Source: an uncultured virus (IMG/VR IMGVR_UViG_3300027963_003549)
Taxonomy: Duplodnaviria; Heunggongvirae; Uroviricota; Caudoviricetes
Length of the DNA stretch: 64,000 nucleotides
Direction: 5' to 3' (one strand)
Virus record (IMG/VR): IMGVR_UViG_3300027963_003549
A program made the position numbers and the translations under genes. How positions within the stretch are numbered: position 1 is the first letter of the stretch; every line of letters starts with the position of its first letter. The notes under the pieces are model-generated. The model was given only the letters and a program-made list of their open reading frames with translations, was not told the DNA's origin and ran no database searches. Below, one piece after another: positions 57,388 to 64,000 of the stretch.

Positions 57388-58508
57388 ACTAGATCCGCCG
57401 ATTTTATTGCATTTAATATTTCTTGTTCTTGACTTTGATTACCCTTACCCATAAACTTCTCAACCCCCTTCTCAATCCCATAAACAAGACCTGTAGTTGT
57501 AGCTCCGGCTTTACCACCTTTTACTACTTTTTGTCCTGTTGTTAGTTTAGGAGCTAATTGAGCTTTACTTATACTACGATTTAGTAACCCATTCACACTA
57601 TTAGATAATTTATTTACAAACCCTGAAACTTTACCCAAAATTGATTTTATAAAATCTGCAGCCTTTGGGAATTTTTTTGATAAAAACGAAACAGCTTGAT
57701 TCATTTTTCCTGAAACAGATCCTAAAGCACCCCCAATTTTTTGGATGATTGATTTTAATCCTGGTGTTTTTGCAACAATTTTAGCCATTTGTTGTGTTGT
57801 CTTAGCACCTCTTAATGACGTTGTAATTAATGTTTTTGCGGCTTTAGCAACACCACCGGCCAAAACTAATCCGAGAATATCGGTACCAAAAAATAATAAT
57901 CTAATCCCTAGTGGTAAATCTTTGTCTTCGGTTTCGACCATACCTGTCAATTCTGCAACATCTAAAGCCACAATTATTGCCCAAGGGATCCATTGTACCG
58001 ATTTACCAATTCCGGTGGCAACAAGAATCGCATCTAAAACCAAACCAACAGGGTGATACATCGCACTTCTAATACTTCTTGCGATATATAAAAGACCTTT
58101 ACCAATAATACTGAAGGCTTTAGCGAAATCTCCTTGTGAAATGTTTTTCACAAAATCACCCATTCCCTTAGCTGATTTGTCAATAAACTCACCAACTCCT
58201 TTAATCGCTTCACTACCTTTTTGTTTTATCCATCCGATAGGATCGAATTCAAACTCTAACAATATGTTTTTAATATTTTTAGTACTCTCAGTTAATAACA
58301 AATTATTTAACTCAGACATACATTCACTAACAACTTGTCTTGGAAGATCAGAAACACTATATGAATGTCTCAAAAAGAATACAAAATTATTGAAATCTTC
58401 CAATACATTACCAAGTTTCGTTTTGTTCTCAATATCATATAATTCATCCATAAAGATGACGTATTTTTCATCAGGAGACAACCAATCTGAAATTAAGTAA
58501 TTTTTCAT
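57378..58508 (-). CDS. hypothetical membrane-associated protein
   Basis: Hydrophobic Gly/Ala-rich central helices. Confidence 0.7.
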   Translation of the reverse strand: MKNYLISDWLSPDEKYVIFMDELYDIENKTKLGNVLEDFNNFVFFLRHSYSVSDLPRQVVSECMSELNNLLLTESTKNIKNILLEFEFDPIGWIKQKGSEAIKGVGEFIDKSAKGMGDFVKNISQGDFAKAFSIIGKGLLYIARSIRSAMYHPVGLVLDAILVATGIGKSVQWIPWAIIVALDVAELTGMVETEDKDLPLGIRLLFFGTDILGLVLAGGVAKAAKTLITTSLRGAKTTQQMAKIVAKTPGLKSIIQKIGGALGSVSGKMNQAVSFLSKKFPKAADFIKSILGKVSGFVNKLSNSVNGLLNRSISKAQLAPKLTTGQKVVKGGKAGATTTGLVYGIEKGVEKFMGKGNQSQEQEILNAIKSADLVWP

Positions 58509-59014
58509 TAGAAACCGTATTTTACTTGTCCTTCTGGTTTTATTTCACACCACTTCTTATTGTTTTTTCCAGTACTAGCACAATAATTATCAATCAGTGT
58601 TTGTAATATTTTATTTAATGTGGCTCTTGATTTAGTCGCAAACCATTCCCCTTCCATAGCATCACCCAATGATTCACCATAAGACGATTTATATTTAGAT
58701 GAAATAAGAATACTTCTTTCCAAGGTATTAAAAGCGTCAGTATTTGATATCGCATAATATAGTCCATCACCTGTACCCGCACCTGAAATCGCATCATTAA
58801 TTGTTTGGACAATCTTATCAACATTTTTTGTGTTTGCCTTTGGTAACCCCATTAAATTAATAACCGCTTCGGGTTTGTATAGTACAACATCAGGTGTTAA
58901 AAATCTAAGCATTTTACTAGATTCATTGATGTTTTCGTTTAAAGTTTTATCTAACTTATAGTTCATCATCAACAACACTCTTTTTAGGGATTCCTGACCT
59001 TCATTTATATTCAT
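58508..59014 (-). CDS. hypothetical protein with leader motif
   Basis: Starts MNINEGQESLKRVLLMMNYKLDKTLNEN; annexin-like AISGAGTGDG motif. Confidence 0.7.
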   Translation of the reverse strand: MNINEGQESLKRVLLMMNYKLDKTLNENINESSKMLRFLTPDVVLYKPEAVINLMGLPKANTKNVDKIVQTINDAISGAGTGDGLYYAISNTDAFNTLERSILISSKYKSSYGESLGDAMEGEWFATKSRATLNKILQTLIDNYCASTGKNNKKWCEIKPEGQVKYGF

Positions 59015-59042
59015 AAACTTTTTTTTTAATAAATATACTATA

Positions 59043-59264
59043 TTATAGTAATGTGTTCGCTTTACCTCGTTTTGTTTGATATAAATCTTTCCATTTACCA
59101 ACTTTTACAGGATTTGCTAAACCTCTAGTTATACCTGTTTCCCATTTTGTAATAGTAGGATATCCTCCACTACCACCTGTTTCTTCTTGTTCTCCCATTT
59201 CTTCTTTTGAAGTTTCGGTGATTTGATCAATAAGATCTATGATGTAATCAACGTCTAATTTCAT
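59043..59264 (-). CDS. hypothetical protein
   Basis: Two RG.AN repeats. Confidence 0.65.
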   Translation of the reverse strand: MKLDVDYIIDLIDQITETSKEEMGEQEETGGSGGYPTITKWETGITRGLANPVKVGKWKDLYQTKRGKANTLL

Positions 59265-59265
59265 T

Positions 59266-59550
59266 TCAGTAATTTTCTGGTTTTGGTAATTTATCAGGAT
59301 TAATCAAAAAATATTCATTCATAAAAGAGATAAGTTCAACTTCATCAATTTCTTCTTCGTCATTTTCAAAGAATTCTTCCTCATCCAAAAAATCTAATGG
59401 GTATGAAATTACATCATACCCATAATCATCGATAATATCTAATTCAAATTCGCTAATACGAATAACATCATCAGAATCGTCTATGGTTCTATAATGAACT
59501 TCGACCATTGATTCTCCGATTGAATATTCAACTATCTCTCTAATTTCCAT
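59266..59550 (-). CDS. hypothetical acidic protein
   Basis: ORF within the operon. Confidence 0.7.
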   Translation of the reverse strand: MEIREIVEYSIGESMVEVHYRTIDDSDDVIRISEFELDIIDDYGYDVISYPLDFLDEEEFFENDEEEIDEVELISFMNEYFLINPDKLPKPENY

Positions 59551-60149
59551 CAATTATAATTTTTGAATCTGTTAAACATTTCCGTGATTTGGTTTCTTTG
59601 GTCATTGAACGATTCTTTAATGTCTTTATCCATTTCGTTCATCCAACATTCACAAGTTTCTTCATACATTCCGCACTCATTACACATTTGACCTTCTTCC
59701 AAATCAAATTTTTCATCTTCAGGATCAAAAATATAATCTTCGACACCTTTTTTTCCCATACTATGTGATGATTTTGGACCTCTAAAGGAATACATTGATT
59801 TATCTTTGTCTTCAAATGGAGTTTCACCGGTAAATTCAACATCATCTTCATAATATGATGGAGCTTTAATTTTATATTTTTTTCCTAATTTCAAGTTTTC
59901 AATTCCAAGATCTTCCTTCATTTCATCAGTACTTTCATTGATTCCAACATTGGTATATGTTTTAATATCACCTTTGTTATTAACAACCAAACCTCCTTTG
60001 TCATTTGCGAAGTCTTGAACATACAATGGTTGTGGGTTTAAGTTTTGATTATGTCTTGTAACATAACCATCATATATTGTTTTGTGTTGGTTCAATATAT
60101 TTTGTTTCTCTTCTGAGGACATTTGTCCTGATGCAAAAAATCCGTTCAT
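59550..60149 (-). CDS. hypothetical protein
   Basis: CNECG..E..CEC motif; TATTTATA upstream. Confidence 0.7.
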   Translation of the reverse strand: MNGFFASGQMSSEEKQNILNQHKTIYDGYVTRHNQNLNPQPLYVQDFANDKGGLVVNNKGDIKTYTNVGINESTDEMKEDLGIENLKLGKKYKIKAPSYYEDDVEFTGETPFEDKDKSMYSFRGPKSSHSMGKKGVEDYIFDPEDEKFDLEEGQMCNECGMYEETCECWMNEMDKDIKESFNDQRNQITEMFNRFKNYN

Positions 60150-60169
60150 ATCTTTTTTGTTTATAAATA

Positions 60170-61171
60170 TTATTTAGATGTCATAAGTTTATAATTACGA
60201 ATATATAACTCCATAATTGCTCTTGAAATAGTTCTAGTTTTACTTTCAACATTTGATATTGTTATCTCTTTTCCTTCATCTTCCAAGATTTTCATTGCTC
60301 CTGAAATAATCTCATTTCGGCAATCACTGGCAGATTCAATGAGGTCTTCAAAACCATCAGTACCATCTTTGTGATAATTAAGTTCTTTTATTATTCCTTC
60401 TTTACCTAACATAAGATAAGGTGCCGCACCTAACATGTTTGTTAAGCCACTTTTTTGTAGTTCCACTAAAAATTTCATAACAACTTTTAAATTCATGGCG
60501 TCAAACATTTTTTTGTGTTTTGTCAATGTTTTAAAATCAAATTGTTCTTTAAGCGTGTCTTGATCTGTCACGACATTATTTACCAAAACTCTATCAAACC
60601 CAAAATATTTTGTTTTTTTCGCTATTTGTGTTTGAGATATAAATTTTTTGAATTTAAATCCTACATGATATTGGTCATCTGATGTAAGTATATTTGTTAT
60701 AAGATTTACTAATTCCTGAGTTGGACCCTCAACTTTAATCTTAACATCACACATTAAATAATCATACCACTCACCAACACTAATCATCGGCTTAAAACCT
60801 ATGAAATGAACTTTATATTTTACAACAACATCTAACCCACTAATTAATTCATCACCATCCACAGTGAAAACTTTATCTTTAAAGATGTTATTCAAAGATG
60901 GGATAATTTTTTCTTTATCTGTTTTTACATTGATAATTGATTCTTGGACATTATTATCTTTAGTATCTTTCATGTAGATATCAACAGATGGTACTATTGC
61001 CAATTTACTACCATTGTCCCAATCTACAGAATATAAAGGTTCTCCAAACACTTCAGTAACATTCGTCACAGTACCTTTACTACCAACTCTAACACTCGCA
61101 TATTTATCTTCCATACGAAGTAATATAACTCTATCCCCAACTTCCAATTTTGGTTTTACATATTTTTCCAT
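60170..61171 (-). CDS. Multidomain hypothetical protein (DUF4314-like N-terminus)
   Basis: LEVGDRVILLRMED....GSKGTV...VDWDNGSKL; SGLTNML. Confidence 0.65.
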   Translation of the reverse strand: MEKYVKPKLEVGDRVILLRMEDKYASVRVGSKGTVTNVTEVFGEPLYSVDWDNGSKLAIVPSVDIYMKDTKDNNVQESIINVKTDKEKIIPSLNNIFKDKVFTVDGDELISGLDVVVKYKVHFIGFKPMISVGEWYDYLMCDVKIKVEGPTQELVNLITNILTSDDQYHVGFKFKKFISQTQIAKKTKYFGFDRVLVNNVVTDQDTLKEQFDFKTLTKHKKMFDAMNLKVVMKFLVELQKSGLTNMLGAAPYLMLGKEGIIKELNYHKDGTDGFEDLIESASDCRNEIISGAMKILEDEGKEITISNVESKTRTISRAIMELYIRNYKLMTSK

Positions 61172-61203
61172 AACTAATAAATATGTTGATGTATTTATAT
61201 GTT

Positions 61204-61818
61204 ATGAAAGTAACTATCACAGAATCCGATATTAAACAAATTATTCTTGAATCTGCAGAAAAAGAGAGTGAGAAGGTGGTTGAAGACATTAAAAGTTATA
61301 CCAAAGACCTATATCAAAAAATTAAGGAACATTTAGGTCTTAATTTGAAATTCCTACTAACTTGGGGAATTGGGATTGGTGCGTTGATTAAACCGATTGA
61401 AGATTGGATAAATCTAAATGTTGTTGATCTATCTCCAACGGAGGTAACCTTAATTGCGGTCTCTGCGGTAATGACAGTATTCTTTGAAAAAAAATCCGAC
61501 ATTACTATGTTGATTGATAAAATTAAAGAAGAAAGTTTATATGAAACCTACTCTATGGTGGTTAAAAAAACGAAAGAATTCAAAAAAGCATATAAAAAAC
61601 TATTGGACTATTTTGGTATTAGTTTAACCGGTGTTGCATCAATGGCGAATTATGCATTGATGTTACCTTTAATACCAATTATGAAAAATGTTTTTGTTAG
61701 TGGTAATTTTGAAGATGTTGATTTGGATAAAATGGTTAAAAGGTTGATTGCCATTGGTGTAACGGCAACAGTTGCTGAGGTGATAAAAAAACTAGCAACA
61801 CGTATTTCCAAATTGTGA
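61204..61818 (+). CDS. hypothetical membrane protein with leader motif
   Basis: Starts MKVTITESDIKQIILES; hydrophobic helices. Confidence 0.7.
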   Translation: MKVTITESDIKQIILESAEKESEKVVEDIKSYTKDLYQKIKEHLGLNLKFLLTWGIGIGALIKPIEDWINLNVVDLSPTEVTLIAVSAVMTVFFEKKSDITMLIDKIKEESLYETYSMVVKKTKEFKKAYKKLLDYFGISLTGVASMANYALMLPLIPIMKNVFVSGNFEDVDLDKMVKRLIAIGVTATVAEVIKKLATRISKL

Positions 61819-61840
61819 TTGTTAGTTTATTATTGATCTT

Positions 61841-62263
61841 ATGGATCTCATTTCGACGCACATTATTAAAAAACAAGACTTAGGTGTTCATGGAGCATTG
61901 TTCGGTGGTACTTTATTATCAATGATTGATGAAAGTGCTGCTGGGTATGCTATGCAACTATGTGACACACCAAGATTGGTTACTGTAAGTATTGATAAAT
62001 GTTTCTTTGAAAGACCCGCAAAAGAAGGTCAATTATTGAAAATATATGGATCACCTGTAAGACACGGAAGTAGTTCTATCACTCTATATTTGGAAGCTAG
62101 AAACCATAACGTATATACCGGAGAACAAAAGATTATATTGAAAACAAATATAAAATTCGTTCGTATTGATGAAGAGGGTAATGCAATCCCATTAGGCGAT
62201 AAAGCCAAAAATAGAATTTCCAAACTCATTGATGGTGAGAAGGTTGAAGATAAGGAAATTTAA
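61841..62263 (+). CDS. Hotdog-fold acyl-CoA thioesterase (YciA-like)
   Basis: DLGVHGALFGGTLLSMIDE, VTVSID..F..P and GSSS motifs. Confidence 0.85.
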   Translation: MDLISTHIIKKQDLGVHGALFGGTLLSMIDESAAGYAMQLCDTPRLVTVSIDKCFFERPAKEGQLLKIYGSPVRHGSSSITLYLEARNHNVYTGEQKIILKTNIKFVRIDEEGNAIPLGDKAKNRISKLIDGEKVEDKEI

Positions 62264-62941
62264 TTACTTAGGGGTTTTTGATGTGTTAGCCAGAGATGAT
62301 TGAGATTGTACGGTACTAAGTTGAGTTTCTAAAGATGCTAAATTTTTTCTTATGTCTGATTTATTTTTGAAATACGTAATAAGTGTTCCTCCAACTCTAA
62401 TTAAAAAAGCAGCAACTATTATAGCGAAAAAACTTATAATCATCGCTGAAACACCACCAAGACCAGCGCCTATCATTAGAGAAACAAAAAAGGTTATTGC
62501 AATATCATTCATAGCATGGTCAGAGAAGTATTCGGATAACTTTTTTTTCAACTCATTTTTATCCCAAGTTTTCTTACTTTTGTAAGCTCTCATTGCATCT
62601 ACAATTACCTTTTCAATGTCTTCTGTATTGTCTTGTTCAGATAATTTATATTTATTTTTCACTAAAACATTATAAAACGCTTTAATATACCTAAAAAACT
62701 CACTTACTGATATATTATTTAATATATTAATAATCTCCGGTGTTAATATGTTTGGAAACATTGACTTCAAACCTTCCATAGAAAAGTTTGATTTAACTAA
62801 TACCTCTTTAACTTTATTAAGAAATACATCATCAAAACTTCTCAAGTTTTGAATAAATTCTTTAATATTTTTTCCTTCAGTAATTATTTGAACTCTGTTA
62901 TACTGATTTTCTGTTATAATTATTTTCATTTTTTTGGACAA
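62264..62941 (-). CDS. hypothetical membrane protein with leader motif
   Basis: MKIIITENQYNRV; C-terminal TM hairpin. Confidence 0.7.
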   Translation of the reverse strand: MSKKMKIIITENQYNRVQIITEGKNIKEFIQNLRSFDDVFLNKVKEVLVKSNFSMEGLKSMFPNILTPEIINILNNISVSEFFRYIKAFYNVLVKNKYKLSEQDNTEDIEKVIVDAMRAYKSKKTWDKNELKKKLSEYFSDHAMNDIAITFFVSLMIGAGLGGVSAMIISFFAIIVAAFLIRVGGTLITYFKNKSDIRKNLASLETQLSTVQSQSSLANTSKTPK

Positions 62942-64000
62942 TTAAATTTTAGGGTAAATAATGTGTTTTTTAATGGTGAGTATGCCGTTAAAATAATAGT
63001 ACTAACGTCTTTAAGACTGCTTATATTAAAACTAATCTCATGGTCTCCAGAATTATTATCAAATTTTACCGTTCCTTTACTCATAGCATTCACATATCTA
63101 AATAACTTCGGGAGATTTGATAAATCTTTAACAGGTCTCAAATTTCCAAAATTAACTCCTTTAAATGCCACTTGATTAGGATGTTTTAATAGTAAATTAT
63201 GAAACTGAAAAAATTCTGTATCATTAGGATTTCCAATAAAACCGGTGTCTAATAATACGTTATTAAATAAATCAGTAACAATAAATCTATCTGGTATTCT
63301 TAATGAATTGAAAGATACTGTTAGGTTATCATAATCGCTAACATTGATTTTTCTTTGGAATCCGATAAATGGTGGGTCTCCAACTTGAGCACCTTTACCA
63401 GTCACTTCATAAGTATTGTCACATTCTAAGGTGATAGTATCTTCACTAAAATTTTCAATTTTTGTTCCTGGCGGAATGTAGTTACGACCCTTTGTTGTTA
63501 GTCTAGGTGTTTTAGATTGTAATGGTTTTAGTGTTTTATCAACACCAACTTCCATATAAACATATTGGTCCGCCAAGTATTTAGGGTCAGTTGCTTTATC
63601 AACACCTCTTGTATATTTTTCTTGTCGTTCTTCAGGTTTTACAACATATTCTTCAATGGTTGCATTATTCTTCCAATCAGGAATTGATTTATTTAACCAA
63701 CCTTCAACAACTGATTTAATTGTTTGTAATCTATATTTGGATAAATCACCATCCTTCATTCCAGGAGGTGGAGTGGAGTTAGACTCACTTGATTCAATAT
63801 ATAACTTGATATCACCACCTTCATTATCTGAAAAGAATTTTTTCAGTGGTTCCAATTTTTTATAAACCTCAGTTACATTCAAACTTTTAACGTCATATTT
63901 TCCTTGTTGGAAATCCGCACCGAAATCAATCCTTAATCTACCATCATTTTCGGCTTGTTCAAATAACAATCCGTTATATAAATTTTTAATATATCTTAAT
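62926..64000 (-). CDS. hypothetical protein (partial; frame open to window edge)
   Basis: The frame continues upstream as LRYIKNLYNGLLFEQ, so the true start lies outside the window. Confidence 0.7.
   Translation of the reverse strand, partial: LRYIKNLYNGLLFEQAENDGRLRIDFGADFQQGKYDVKSLNVTEVYKKLEPLKKFFSDNEGGDIKLYIESSESNSTPPPGMKDGDLSKYRLQTIKSVVEGWLNKSIPDWKNNATIEEYVVKPEERQEKYTRGVDKATDPKYLADQYVYMEVGVDKTLKPLQSKTPRLTTKGRNYIPPGTKIENFSEDTITLECDNTYEVTGKGAQVGDPPFIGFQRKINVSDYDNLTVSFNSLRIPDRFIVTDLFNNVLLDTGFIGNPNDTEFFQFHNLLLKHPNQVAFKGVNFGNLRPVKDLSNLPKLFRYVNAMSKGTVKFDNNSGDHEISFNISSLKDVSTIILTAYSPLKNTLFTLKFNCPKK

Noticed and set aside
1..64000. Stop-codon reassignment, as seen in some large Bacteroidota phages
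   Set aside because: Core genes are full length in code 11, coding density is high, and no CTA or TCA suppressor tRNA was seen

Overview
This AT-rich window is from a large (jumbo-type) T4-like tailed phage and uses the standard genetic code. Repeated TAnnTTTG promoters and host-like genes point to a Bacteroidota host. From left to right it contains: a sugar-nucleotide/glycosyltransferase block (gmd, fcl, FkbM methyltransferase, GTs), phoH, a gp55-like sigma factor, and baseplate/virion genes; the head module (major capsid, scaffold, prohead protease, portal, large terminase) with an inverted ribosomal protein bS21 gene inside it; a proteostasis set (ClpC lacking its N-domain, a peptidase, DnaK, and a tmRNA split by a 224-nt group I intron in its T-loop); putative lysis genes; and seven conventional tRNAs. 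The most unusual feature is at 46.4-47.9 kb. It holds five tRNA-like genes with near-identical acceptor and T arms, a conserved Leu-type D arm, and completely different, expanded anticodon/variable regions, interleaved with other structured non-coding segments. There are also footprints of recent gene capture: a GC-richer oxidoreductase between 27-bp direct repeats, an HNH gene between duplicated terminators, and an IS200/IS605 remnant. Many proteins share a putative head-packaging leader and are preceded by a TATTTAT(A) motif. All protein calls come from recognising motifs by eye; no searches were run.
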